Program-made: the position numbers and the translations under genes
Shown: in pieces, positions 1 through 12,840 of the stretch
How the letters are laid out: the number at the start of each line of letters is the position of its first letter
Numbering within the stretch: the first letter of the stretch is position 1
The notes under the pieces: model-generated
Told to the model about the DNA's origin: nothing
What the model saw: only the letters and a program-made list of their open reading frames with translations
Databases searched by the model: none
From: Sphagnum compactum
Lineage: Eukaryota
Reading direction: 5' to 3'
NCBI GenBank assembly: GCA_965153455.1
Contig: OZ234494.1
Location: 10,850,001 to 10,914,000, forward strand
Length of the DNA stretch: 64,000 bases

Positions 1-570
1 TGTGATTGTTTTTGTCCTTTTTTTTATCGGATGTGATCGTGTTGGTTGGGAGCGTCATCTAGGTAGTTTGTTAAGGATGTTTTGAAGAAGAAACAGGACG
101 TGTTGATCTGGTCTGAGAATGGATCGCGATGTTCTGAGAACGTGAATGGTGATTCAGTTGCACATTCTCAAAATATGTTGTGATTCGACGACGACCTGCA
201 AGTGTAACCAAATTTCTTGATCAAGATTCATACAGTATTCAGAAGATTTGATTCGAGATTTGCAGATCTGCTCTAGATTTGTTCCAATTATGCAATAAAA
301 AGCTGTAAGATCTGTGAACTGGGAATCCCCCCGGAGGTTCTTGAAGCTTATCACGTATCTGGTTTTCTTGATGACGAGCAAATCGGAGCAATGCCTTAGA
401 GTAACGACCAAAGTTATGGATGATTGAATCTTGCATGGCCGTGCAATCTCTAGAGGCATAGAGGTTATATATCTTGACTGTGTTTGCTGCAAATGTTTCT
501 AGAACTCTTCGAATGCAAAGTTCTCTGAAATTGAAACTCTTCTGGTGACGAGCTGTGTGATGATCAGAGT

Positions 571-3500
571 ATGGCAGACTGCAGGACCGGTCCAGAAGCT
601 GCCGAAGAAGAAATTGCGGGTCTTCGGCACACAGTTTGGGATCAACAAGACCAGAAAGTACAGTATCCGAAGCTACAGAAAGATGTGAGTGCCGATGTGG
701 TGGTCGTAGGAGCGGGTATTGCTGGCTTGAGCGTCGCCTACAACCTTGTGAAGGAAGGGAAGAAAGTTATAGTTCTCGAAGCTCGTGTCATAGGTGAGAA
801 CATGAACCTCATCGTGTTTGCAGAGTTTTCTTTCTTCCATTGCAGATCCAAGAGAAAAAGAGTTTCTCTTCGTCCAAGAGTCTGTTGTGAAATCCTGACA
901 TGTAGTAGAGAGATATGTACACTACTTGTCAGGTGCGGGCCAGACAGGTAGGACGACAGCACACATAATGCCATGGTTTGATGATTTCTACCACATAGTC
1001 GAGAAGGTCCATGGCACTCGCAAGACACAGCTGGTGGCAGACAGCTACAAGAAAGCTGTGGACTGGATTGACCAAACTGTGGAAGAAGAGAACATCGAGT
1101 GCAAATTTTCACGCGTCGATGGGTACCTTTTTCCTCATGATGATTCAAAGCAAGCACATGATAGTCTACAAAACGTAAAGCTCTTTCTCCACACCTGTTT
1201 TCCACATCTTCCTTTGCACCTGCTTTTCCCTTCTTTCAACTTCTGTTATATTCTACTTCAGCATCTAGATATGATTCATTGCATGCTTCCCTTTTGTTGA
1301 CCCGTACAGGAAGTTAGCCTTTGTATATCTACTGGAACACATGAGATAAAAGGGGTTTTTTTTTGGGTATGCTATGTATAGCATACCAGAAATTCAGGAA
1401 GAGTCGATAAATGGATTGCTTCCCCAATGTAATGAACTTTTAAATTTCAGGGTTCTCACATAAATTTTGTAGGATCCCTGATGCTTGAATCGTGAAGTTC
1501 TGTGTGGGGGAGGTGCCTTGATTTACAAAGATGAAATTTTTAAAGTTCATTAAGTATGAAGGCATTGCTGTCATTGCCTGGATTGCCTTCAGCCCTCGGT
1601 TCACGAGGTGGAACGCAGTGACAGTGGTGCCTTCCCTTCCATAACAACTGAGAATCTGGACAATCTGGACAATCTGAACAATCCAAACTACCTTCAAAAT
1701 AGCTCCCCTACCTGAGGAAGCTTATGTGAAATGGCCGCTCTAGGCTAGGGAGCCGGAAGTTGCACCGGGGAGGTACATTTTAAGTATATATTCGTAATTC
1801 AATTCTAAGCACCTTAATTAGATTTAAGTATATTAAAGGTTTAAAAAATAAGTTGCCCCTACATTTTTCTGCAACATCATTTGGAAAAAAAAATGGAAGT
1901 AACTTCCCCTGGGTTGACTGATGTCTATAATTTTCTTTTTATCTCTCTCATTTGCTTTGCAGGAATTTGATGCATGCCAGAGATTGAAGTTCAATGTTCA
2001 GATGGTAGACTTGCACAACGATCCTTCTTGTGGGAGCATCAGCACAGCTTTACGTTTCCCAGATGCTGCTGAGTTTCACCCTTTAATGTGAGTTGCTTCA
2101 AAAATTATGCTGTCAAATATATACACACACAGCTATGTCATCTTGCATTGCAGTGTCCAGAGCTGTGGACGTCGTCCTTGATTGTGCACAGCACTCAATC
2201 TCCATCCTCACATATGAGGTCTGTGTGCATCCTAGAGTTTCCATTCTTTCTTTTCTTTTCATCAAATCTTTATCAAACCTGGAGAGAATCAAGAGGATTT
2301 CAGAATTTTATCAAATAATTCCTCTTGTCAATTCAAGAGTCCATTGAGTTCCTTGATGGTTCTGAGAATCATTACAAAAAAATGATGGAAAGCAGGTACC
2401 TGGACGGGCTTGCAAGAGCAATGGAAAAGAGAGGAGCGCAATTGTATGAACTTACAAGAGCAATGAATTTCCAAGGAAACCAGGTGATCACAGCAGATGG
2501 AATTGTAGTTACTGCTGGTGCTGTGGTGATGGCTACCAATTCTCCACTGAATCACAATCTGGCAATTCATGCACGGCAAACTCCAGATCACAGCTATGTT
2601 GTTGGCCTCAAGCTTCCAAAAGGATCTGTGAGGTAAATTTTGTCTCTGCCTTTACGGTGTAATGATTCCATGTTTGGATCCCACAAATACATAACTGGAA
2701 TTTCTGCAACTCCTCTCCCAAACTTTCTCATGGTTTCTCCCACTCCAATTGATGGTTTTTCTTTGTAACCAGGAGGGCTCAGTGGTGGGACACAGCTTCA
2801 CCATATCATTATGTGCGAATTGAGCAAAAGGACACCCATGACATCTTGATTGTAGGTGGCGAGGACACCAGCACTGGCATGAAACCAAATGAATATCCAG
2901 ATGCATATGCCAAATTGGAGGCATGGGCTAGAGCAAGATGGCCTTCTGCAGGGGAGGCTCTGTACAAATGGACAGGCCAGGCAAGCAAGAAATCACTTTC
3001 TCCCTCCATGATCAGTACTACTGTAAAAAGAAATTTCATATGCAATTTGACATCAAACAACAAATGCATAATGATAACAAAATTTGCATGTGGATAGTTG
3101 AAAACAGGAGTAAATCGTAGAGGAAGATGTAATGAATCGCACATTCACTAGTTGTTGATATGTCACAGCAATGCACTTGAGAAAGAATGAATCCATGTTG
3201 TCCACAATGGAAATAAATAATCTTAGAGAAAGGCACTCACATAGTGCACATTGTCAGGTTTTCGAGCCTGTGGACATGCTGCATATAATTGGTCATGACC
3301 CACTGAAACCTGGTGAACATGATCAATACATTGTTACAGGTATGAATCAGCAAAAATTCAAATGTTTTCAGCCTTACCAAGACATGCAGATTTTGGCTTT
3401 GGTCAACCGGATTCTTGGCTCACCAATCTCCATACACACTGCAATGTGCAGGTGATAGCGGCCAAGGAATGACAGGCAGCACAATAGGTGGTATCCTCAT

Positions 3501-4695
3501 CAAAGATATGATACTAGGAGTGGAAAACCCTTGGGCTGAAGTCTATGCACCCAGCAGATGCCTGCCACTATCAAAGTCAACAATGTGCAGCCTCATTTCC
3601 CAAACTGCACACACTGTTCAGGTTTCTCCTTGCCCTGACCTGTGATCAAGGCAATCAAATTTGAGTTTTTCAGTTTAACCAACTTAAACAACAATGAGTG
3701 ACCTACGAATGACCTTCCGAACAACATTTGATCCTCATTGCCTGAAAATGTGGATCAAAGTCTGATCTCTATAGTCGACCAAAAAACTTCAGAAACTCTT
3801 CAGACAATAATGTAACAAGCCATTGTGTCACATGTACAGAAAGCACACCATGAAACCTGAGTTTATCCATACACTGTGTTTAAGTATCCTGTGAAGCTTA
3901 TATTACCTGAGTGCTTGGGTGCAGGGATATAAAGATATTCTTCCATTTGCTGGTGTAGACCATGTAGATATTGAAGACATGGCTCCTTGCAGTGGATGTG
4001 TGGTCCAACAGGGAATTCATAAGGTGGCTATCTACAAAGATATCACGGGTGGTCTGCACAAATATTCAGGTCACCTCTTTTCTTGATTCCCCTTTTCATC
4101 AGTCCTGTGAAACTATGCTCATGTTAAGATTACATGTCGATGTCTGCAACTTGCTGAACATCAAAAGACACTTGAATTTCTCTTTCAACTAACAAGCATA
4201 ATCACTCTCAATTTCTGTCTCTCAGCTGAGCATTTCTCTCTTGATGACATCAACATTGTTGGTTCTCTCCGTCTTAACTCATCCTGTTCTCGTGTTCAAA
4301 TCCTGTCATTCAAGTGACAATCCATTATCCTTCTTCTGCAGCGCTCCTTGACATCTGTTTTTGCAGAATTGACATAGGACAAATGAAGATGCCACATCTA
4401 ATAGAAACCAAAGACTCTATTTGTTTATTTAAAGAATTTTGATATGTCTGCAATAATTCATACTCTGCCTTCTCCTGCAAGACTTTTAGATTTTCTCTCT
4501 TGCAGTTCTGTTACTAACTCTGACAATATGGATGGGTGATGATGACATGTAGCGGTCTGCCCACACATGGGATGCATTGTGAAATGGAATCCAATTGACC
4601 GGACGTTTGATTGCCCTTGCCATGGATCTATATTTGATCACTATGGACGCTGCATAAATGCTCCTGCTAAGGCTGACCTCTCTCCACAGAAGTAG
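571..4695 (+). CDS. FAD-dependent oxidoreductase (DAO family) fused to a C-terminal Rieske [2Fe-2S] domain, YhfW-like; 9 exons, about 524 aa
   Basis: Exons 571-793, 933-1174, 1963-2087, 2396-2632, 2773-2980, 3258-3339, 3452-3621, 3925-4069, 4553-4695 total 1575 nt with the frame preserved. Motifs: Rossmann VVVVGAGIAGLSVAY, G-AGQTGRTTAH, FHPLMYLDGLA, WTGQVFEPVD, GDSGQGMT, and Rieske boxes CPHMGC and DCPCHGS. All introns are GT-AG except one GC-AG (2981-3257). Confidence 0.92.
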
Positions 4696-5266
4696 CTAGA
4701 TCCCAAGTGATAAAAAACCAGGACGTAGGTAATGCAGTTCTAAGTATGTCCCACAAATTTTCATTGCCAATGTCAATGAAATTATTAGGAAGAAATGAGA
4801 GTGTACCTGCAGCAGATGATTGTGCAGAACAGAGGATGAAGTACACACTTGCACTTTGTGCACTTCAGAGACATCTGCATTCACACAACTTTTGGTGTGT
4901 AAGATCTCAAGTGTGACCAAAAGTAGGATGCTGGTTTTTTGAATTATTAGCATACCTTGCATTGTTTCTGACAACAACAGCAGTGTGGGAGCAAAAAGGA
5001 ACAGCGACAGTGTACTTGCACATCATTTTGCACACCATACTACAAACCTGAGAGATGCATACTTAAGCAGTTTTAATACCAGTTGAAACAAAGAATTATG
5101 GAAGGTGCTCTGAAAGGATAGCACCTGTCAGACATTAACCAACATAATTACCAAGTTTCTGTCACAAGACTGCACTGAAAAACTTGGCCATGCCTACTGG
5201 CTTAACTCCACTGAACCTACAAGATAGAGAGAGGATTGCCAAACCCCAAGAAGAAACAGAAACATT

Positions 5267-5452
5267 CAAAGCAAAGAGAAAGAGAATAAAGCAAGAAATG
5301 ATAAAACCACGAAAAAGAAAGACAAACATACAAAGCGAAGAGAAAGAGAGTAAAGCAAGAAATGATAAAAACCACGAAAAAGAAAGACAAACATACAAAG
5401 CAAAGAGAAAGAGAGTAAAGCAAGAAATGATAAAACCACGAAAAAGAAAGAA
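5267..5452. repeat. Tandem repeat, about 64-65 bp unit, about 3 copies
   Basis: Unit caaagcaaagagaaagagartaaagcaagaaatgataaaaccacgaaaaagaaagacaaacata starts near 5267, 5331 and 5396. Confidence 0.9.
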
Positions 5453-6721
5453 GAAAATGGAGAAAACAAAAGACCTTTTAAGAGCTGGAACTTTCAGAGG
5501 ATAAAATAGGCTTAGAGAATCTCTGCACATACATTTAAAATGCCTATGAAATGAGGATTTTGAAGATATCAAAGGCAGAAACCCCAAACAGAAATTCTTC
5601 CATTGTTAAAAACGTCTCCTAAAATTACTCAAACATGATGACAATGTGCCACATGCAGGACAGATATACACAGTGTCACTGACTGTTGCACCAAAACAAG
5701 TAGCAAACTCCAATCAATAAAACAAGTATGCAAACAAAATTCTGGCTTAAACCAAAATTCTTCACCAAAATGGAACAAGCAACCAAGTATATGAAATCAC
5801 ACATCTTATGGTAACCTGATCTGCTGATCAGAGCAAATACAGTAAAATCAATTTTTTAAAAATGGATTAAGTAGAACATTCCACCATGTCTATACAATTA
5901 CGGAAGAGCAACTATCCCAATAGAAAGCCATCCAAACAATATGCATTAACTGGATGTTTGTGAATAGTTCATTTATACTTCTGAATATTCCCTTGTTAGA
6001 TTCACATAAATTAGTTATCGTCTTGTTCAGAGTAATGCACTCTCTATAACTAGGCTTACTATAGAATAGTTTAGTTGGCGCATTGCTGCTGCGATGCTCC
6101 TATCCGTCATACAGCAAATTTTGCAGTTGACCCCTAGTCACTCATTGTGCCCTCTACTTGCTCGGTGCTCACTGGTGCTAATGATATTTATTTGCATCTT
6201 GACTCATGCTCTGTAGTGTCAGCGTTTGTTGTTTAATTAAAACCTTCATCCCTAGCCTAACAACTCTCTCATCTCTACATCTTTTCACTCACCTATACAT
6301 GCATTAGCACTCCCATAAGCTGACCACAAGATAACCTTAGAGATCCAGGAAGCAAATGATCATTCCTTGACAAGGATTTGAAATTGCCAACAAAATTTAT
6401 GCATATAATTTCTATCTACAGATTTGAAACAAAAGATGTGTCACACACTGCATTATACAGGAATATCCCTTGGACAGGTGTAAACTGCCAAGCAAGAAGC
6501 TACCACGTACATGTGATGATTGGTGATTAACACCACTTAGCACCACGAACATGCCACTAACAAATTGATGAGGCCAGATTCCAGGATCCAAATAAAGGCC
6601 ATTACATCTGTAATCATGCACTAAAACTTGCTGTATTCAACAACCCTACAATTTAGGTTGAAAACAGGTCTAGGGTAAGTGCAAGATGCAAACCATCTAC
6701 AGCAGCATCTGGAGCTCAAGC

Positions 6722-6858
6722 ATCCCTCAACCGCTGTGTACAAGATTGTTCCTGCAAGTATCAAGTTCTTCAAAGCTTTTGATCCTGTAGTTCCACAATT
6801 GAGCACAAACAGATGTCTGCTTACTCCAACACTGACTGTCCATGCTCTCCCCATGTTT
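6722..6858 (-). pseudogene. AXR1: Degenerate fragment of NEDD8/RUB-activating enzyme E1 regulatory subunit (AXR1/NAE1-like)
   Basis: Minus strand reads TWGEHGQSVLE*ADIC, then a frameshift, then LNCGTTGSKALKNLILAGTILYTAVEG. This matches the AXR1/APP-BP1 N-terminus (recalled consensus IWGExGQxALExAxICLLNCGPTGSExLKNLVLGG). In-frame TAA at 6821-6823. Confidence 0.75.
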
Positions 6859-7595
6859 TTGCACATTCTCTACTCAAACAAAACTATTTCAGGGTATACA
6901 AGGGAGGGAAGATCTGTAACCAGTCATCAACTGACAAGAATTCAGCACAATAGTGAATACAAGAGAACAACGTGCAGCAATATTCCAAGGAATAAATCTC
7001 CACCTATATAAGAAATGTGAGCAAGCATCTGTCTTAACAAGACGCATGCAGTGAGCAGACACACCTTTAAGCACACGTGTTCCAATTAACCTAAATGGTA
7101 TAAAATGTTGGCCCAACAGAATTCACAAATAACCACATGTTTTGTCAATAGCCTCACTTGTTGGTTAACAAGTTCCCCTTCCACACCCAAAACCATCCAC
7201 TGGGCATACTGTTCTTGGACATCCTTGATGCCCTACAGTGCAGAAATATGCAATTCTGTATCAATGACTGAGTTTTTTTTAAGTGTATAGCATGTGTACT
7301 CCATCTCAAGGTCACCTAACATCTTCTGAAGTAACCTAAATTTGAGACGAGATACTTAGAAACGCCACAATCTTAAGGTTGCACTTTCACCAAACAAGGC
7401 TTGCAATATGAGTTGATGGCCTCGCGAATTGGAGAGTACAGGGCCATGGGAAATGCATTTTCTTACCAAAAGAGAACAAAGCGTCATTGAAGGCTATCCC
7501 TTGGGAGAACTAGTTTGCACCTTGTAAGAGATCATAAGAGAGAGGTAACTGGTCCCTGGGGGCTGTAATCGATTACTGGACAAGAAGACATAGCA

Positions 7596-10100
7596 TCAAA
7601 GATAAAGCTGTATCAACTCATCACTTACAGCTGAGGGAGTCAGAACTCCCAAATCTGTGAACAAGAGAGTGAGATACTGGGGAGGAGTATAGTCCCTGGC
7701 AGAGTTTTCTACAGTCACTTCTGGAGGGATTGGCTCTGCAAAGTCTACATGGCGTGGTGATGGTGACATGTCCCTTTGATCAAGTGGAAACAGCCGTGCA
7801 AACTGCCAAAATCACACCCACAACAGCAGCAATTGGAATATGCATCTCTACAAATCCAGATGATAAAACTGCTCACCTCCATAATCACTAAAGGACTTGC
7901 CTTGATTCAGAAGAATAACATCCGTGATGACATCACAAAACCATCAACTTAGAAGCACTATTTGTGGGCTCTAAAACAAGGGCATATATAACCCCTCATA
8001 TATGCATGTACATTCATCTTGGCACATTGTGATCACATAATAAGTGTAGTTAGGGCTGAGGAAGGTACTGCATCACCCCTTTCCATCAAAATAGAGAAGT
8101 TTCTTCAACAATAACACAAGGGGTTGTGACTGCAGAAATACCTTGTAGCTTTCAGCAGCAACATAAACAGGTTTGTTCATGGTACGGGCAACCAGTGCAG
8201 CCTGGTATGTGCCAAGCATGTTAATGATTCCCCCACTCTCCACAACGCCTTCAGCACCCACTAATACCATATCCACTTTCTCCATCATGTACGCTACACC
8301 AGAGTCCAGGATCAATGTCACAGGGATACCTACTGACAGCAACTCCTTTGCAACTTCCGCACCAGTGTTGTCGGGCCTGCCTTCTGTATGGGGCAAAATG
8401 AACTTGTTCATCAGTTGCATTCATGCTTGACCAATAGGACCAGATGACTGGCTGGCACATCAAAGTCCACACCAATCCGATTCATGCTGGTCATGTGATA
8501 GAAAAGCCACATTCAATATACCAAAGGAATCATGCAAGGGCAACATTGGCAAGTGGGACCATTGATACCTGTACAGATAACACTAAAACGTTTGCCATTG
8601 GCAGTGGCCAGTTTGAGCAGAGCTAGCACCACCCTTGAGAAGCCATGTGTAAGAATAGTGCAACCATCATGCACAAAGTCTTGTCCAAGCATTGCAATAG
8701 TCCTACGTGCCTGAAATTACCAATTCCTCAATGTCATAACAACAGAGCAGCATATGATCAGGCAATTTCAAATGGTGAAAAAATAACCAAACAGGAACTG
8801 CATAGAAAACTGCCTCATTCCATCTCATCAACGACTTATGTGAAGGAAGTACCTTTTGAGATATCTCACCAAACCTCTCTCCACGTTCAATGAGACGAGC
8901 TTTGCCAGCTGCAATGTCTTCATACTCCACTGCTGACGTGCGAGTGACATAGCGCAAAAACAGGTTGCACCCTGCTGTCAATGATATAGATGTCTCATCC
9001 CAAGCCTGACCACACCATCCACCCCACCTGTAAGCAAGAAACTCCCCTTTATGCTCATGTTTTAGTCCATCAGCCATAAATCACATTCTAGTCTGTCATT
9101 TTCAATCAACAATTTTGACAGCATGTCGTATTTTTTGAGTATTCTTATAAGCTTTACATTTCTAAGGAAACTGACAGAAGTTTGCAAACAGCTTTGAGGT
9201 TCATCCCTCAGCAGTAAACCCCATTCCAAATACTAGAAAGGAGAATCCAAACAATGTCTTCATTGACATCTCCACCATCAGTACCTAGTAACCTCACAAA
9301 ATGTTCCAGATGTCAGCACACAGCACCAAAGATCCATCTTAGAAGCATCTTTACAAAAAAATTCATAAACAGCTATTATGTGCACATGCACAAAAACTGC
9401 ATTGACTTGCATCCTTCTTTCAGTCATGTCTAGAGCTTTTTCAACTGGCAAGAAAACTGCTCATTTCCTCTCCTGCTAGAATCCCCACAAATCCCTGTAT
9501 GGTTTTCGTTGTGAAATGGAGTCAGACTGATGAAACAAACAAGAACATGTGAAAGGCCAGTTGAGGGATCAAACTGACCTTCAGCGCATCAGAGGCATTT
9601 CTCAGCTCAATTTCCAGGCCCATCATGGTTGATGCCTCGCTCCTTTTAATAACAGCAGTCAAAGCCTTGATGGCTGCCACTGCTTCAGCAAGCTCTGGTT
9701 TACTGCGCCAGAAATTGAACTCCTCAATAACACTGAAGGGTTGGCCTCCATATACTCCTGCTACAGTGTGAACTTCTTGATCTCGATGTAAGCTTGCATC
9801 TTCTGCCTGCAAATGACTCCAACAAACAGCCAAAATTAGTCAGAAGAGAAAGAAAATCATGGTAAACACATCTATCCAAAAAACACCCAAGGTTACAAAC
9901 CCTCAAAAGTTTATTTCTTTGCCTAGAAGATTTCACTGGAGACCAATTTTCACAAGACTGATATAACAACTTGTTGCAACAAACACCCAAATCACTTAAG
10001 GATCAGATTTTACCTGTCGCAGCCATTCAAATGTGACGCCTCCTGCTGGTATATCTTGGCCTGTCTTCACTTCAGTAACTGGCAAATTACTCACCTTCAT
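7596..10100 (-). CDS. EIF2B1: Translation initiation factor eIF2B subunit alpha; at least 6 coding exons, start uncertain
   Basis: Exons 10100-10014, 9806-9579, 9005-8853, 8710-8569, 8383-8142, 7802-7596 total 1059 nt, all GT-AG. Motifs: LAEAVAAIKAL, ISLTAGCNLFLRYVTRTS, ILTHGFSRVV, EGRPDNTG, VLVGAEGVVESGGIINMLGTYQ, ESYKFARLFPL, DYTPPQYLTLLFTDLGVLTPSAVSDELIQLYL*. The CDS may extend to an upstream micro-exon at 11842-11829. Confidence 0.93.
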
Positions 10101-11000
10101 CTTGTGGCCAGCTCTGTCTGTACATGGAACACAGAACTTTTCAATGCTTGGGCAACAGACAATTGACTGTGAAACAAGACATTGTTTGCAATCCACAACA
10201 CAGAAAAACATATCCATTAACATGGAGTCTATGCCACCACAAAACCTCAAACAGATTGTTGACACAACAATCTTACATGCAATAATCATGTAAGGGTGAC
10301 AAGTACTTGCAAGTTGACCAGCAGCAAACATAAGCCCTTATGATGCCCAGTTTGTAAGGCTCCCAAATCTATGCTTAGAACCCTAATACAGAATCCAACT
10401 TTTATTTGAGAAATGTGGATCCACAGATTGTGAGGGAGTGGCTGAAGAGATTCACACTGATTCTTTAGAATCAGTCAAACAATATAGTCTCAGATCACAT
10501 TTGAACTCCTTGTAACCACTTTGGTGATACTCAGATAATGGGTGTCTTTACCACAAACAAAAGAGCTCATTCTCCAGAGGGAACAGAAAGGAGACCGATT
10601 TATGAAGATCCGACTTCATGGCTGGTATCGAAAGGAGATAATAAGGGGTTGAGAGAAATAACAAACCAATGTGTTTCAGACACAAACAAGGGGAGGAAAT
10701 TGAAGGGAAAAAAATTACAAGAATAGTGCAGGGGTCCAGGGAACAACTTCGAATAACCAAGTCCAGTTTATTCTATAGCAATGACAAATCTCTCTGGATA
10801 TACAATGGAGAAAGGAGAGAAATAAAAACCTCGTTCCATGCACCATGCCCTGGAGCAAACATGTGCAATCTTAGACTATGGAATCTGAATGGAAAACTTG
10901 CAAGAATTCTAAAGATTTACTCCCAAAAACTGGTTGCAGGTCAAGCATTCCTTTGTGTCCCCCTACTTCAAAACCATGAACAGTGAAATAAGCTTGCCAA

Positions 11001-11581
11001 AAACCCTAGAGGGCAGCTTAAACCCTAGAAAGGACCTATATGTGCTAAAATGGAGCTAGGACGATGTAATTCACGAACAGCGTCAATACTCCAGCAAGCA
11101 CAATATTCACAATTTGCAGGCGGCTCAAACAAGTTGGTTGGTTCTTGAGAAGTAGATGTAGGAAACATTTGAATAATTAGAAAACTTTGAAAATGCAAGG
11201 AGGAAGAGACGGTCAGAGGGGGCCGGCAGGGGGCAATTTACCTACAAAAACGCCGAGTAAGCTCCAAAGATTTCAAAAAACATGCCCCCCGAGCGTCAAA
11301 TTCTCGTCAGCTTCCTATCTTCCGATCGAATCCGCAGCCAGCCAGAATGAACTGCCGGTTGAATGAATCAGCGCATAGTGAACAAGGGCTCTACCACACA
11401 CCAATTTTTTACAAAAAAGAATCCTATTAGCAGATTTCCCACAAATCCAAAGGGGAAAAAAGACAATGGAGAATCCAGACTAAAACAATTCAACAACAAA
11501 CAATCCTCCTACTGCCCAAATGCCAAGGAGCTCGAAGATTCGCAAGAAGCCTGCAACAAACGCGAAGAGCTGGAAACCCTA
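11001..11581. promoter_or_regulatory. Telo-box (AAACCCTA) cluster in the 5' region of eIF2B alpha
   Basis: AAACCCTA at 11001-11008, 11020-11027 and 11574-11581. Telo-boxes are known to be enriched in the 5' regions of plant translation-machinery genes. Confidence 0.4.
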
Positions 11582-11885
11582 AAAACGAGGTTCAGGGGCA
11601 CGACGGACCGGACCGGTTCTTCGCCTGGTACGTGGGCCGGGGAACATACCCATTGTCTACCGGATTTGTGTCCCGATGCAGTACCCTGTTCAGTCCCAGT
11701 CAGGAACCGCAGGGTATCACAACTTTCTGACGAGCAAGAAATAACTGCATAACTACCTACCCCCCAAAATATCCTAAACGGAATTGATTGCACAATGATC
11801 AATTCCGCGACACAGAATAGGTCCGTACCTCACGCGAAACATGTAATCTACCTACACAGCGAAGCGGAATCTGCTCATAATTTAC

Positions 11886-11970
11886 GTTATAATTCACCTA
11901 AGAACAAGCCTATTTTGTCACTTAATTCACTTGAGAATAAACCTATTCTGTTCGTTAATTCACGTCACAA
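11886..11970. repeat. Short diverged tandem repeat, about 36 bp x 2.5
   Basis: Three related segments: taattcacctaagaacaagcctattttgtcac, ttaattcacttgagaataaacctattctgttcg, ttaattcac. Confidence 0.6.
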
Positions 11971-12139
11971 TTGACATAATATCCCCTTTGTGAATCCATT
12001 ACGCACCTGACTTCACAATTCCACATTCGGAAAGAGCCAATACTCTTAATCAGTCACACGAAAGGAGTGCGTCGGTTGGCTCTTTTGTTTTTACCACGGT
12101 ACCTTTTACCTACTTGGTTAATGAGTAGCCAAGTTGAAA

Positions 12140-12710
12140 ATTCTTTTTTTCTGGCGAAATTTCGCATCCTGTGGGTGGAGGGGGGGCGGGGGGGGGGGGG
12201 AAGGCGATTGCAACTCATACAAAGGATTTTTTTGGGGGGAAAAATGGCCCAAAGTCGCCATATTTTTTAGGACAATAATTCTGAAATCGCCAGATTTAGA
12301 CAATAGGTTTCAACATCTAGCCAAAATATAGTTGGATTCTCAACCCCAAAAATCTATTCTCCACTTTGACCTGTAGCCAAATTTGGCTTTGGCCACTTGT
12401 GGCTGATCGATCACTAGGAGGGTTTTTTTTTGGTTTTTTTGGGTTTTTTTTTTTTTTTTTTTCAATTTTTGTGGGGTAGGTTCATTGGCGGTCAGAGAGA
12501 AAAGTAGAATTTCTTTTGAAACCCCACCTAGTGGTGAATCCAACATGCAAGAACCTAGGGTCTAAATATGGCTATTTCAACTGTTTTTTCCTAGAAAAAT
12601 TATGGTGACTTTGGTCCATTTTTTCAAAACAAATTCCTTTGTACTAGGTAGTCACGCACACCTTTTTTTGTTTTTTGGCACGAAGTGATGAAATTTCGCC
12701 ACAAAAAAAA
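12140..12710. mobile_element. Dispersed non-coding repeat family (core tgtagccaaatttggct), composite copy upstream of CHLP
   Basis: Shares tttagacaataggttt, ccaaaatatag and gtagccaaatttggct...cttgtgg.tgatc with copies near 24860, 35025, 41715, 45815 and 58140. Segments occur in both orientations. Confidence 0.6.
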
Positions 12711-12769
12711 AAGAAAAGAGTGGAATAAGCGAGTGAAAAAATCAGGTAAGAAAAAGGCGAGAAATAATG

Positions 12770-12840
12770 AGCCAGATAACCTTACCCTTATCTGTACCAA
12801 ATGGGCCATTGATTGGACAGCAGAGAGCCAATCAGGATCG
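12770..12840 (+). promoter_or_regulatory. Putative light-responsive proximal promoter of CHLP (GATA/I-box and CCAAT boxes)
   Basis: GATAAC, CCTTATC (reverse GATAAGG), GATTGG and GCCAATCAG are clustered about 170-240 bp upstream of the CHLP ATG. Confidence 0.4.

Noticed and set aside
119..145. Upstream ATG (MDRDVLRT*) as a first coding exon of the FAD-Rieske gene
   Set aside because: It ends in TGA after 8 codons and I could not establish an in-frame splice. At most it is a uORF.
5162..5587. Hydrophobic 141-aa membrane-protein-like ORF
   Set aside because: It is an artefact of the T/C-rich strand of the 64-65 bp tandem repeat.
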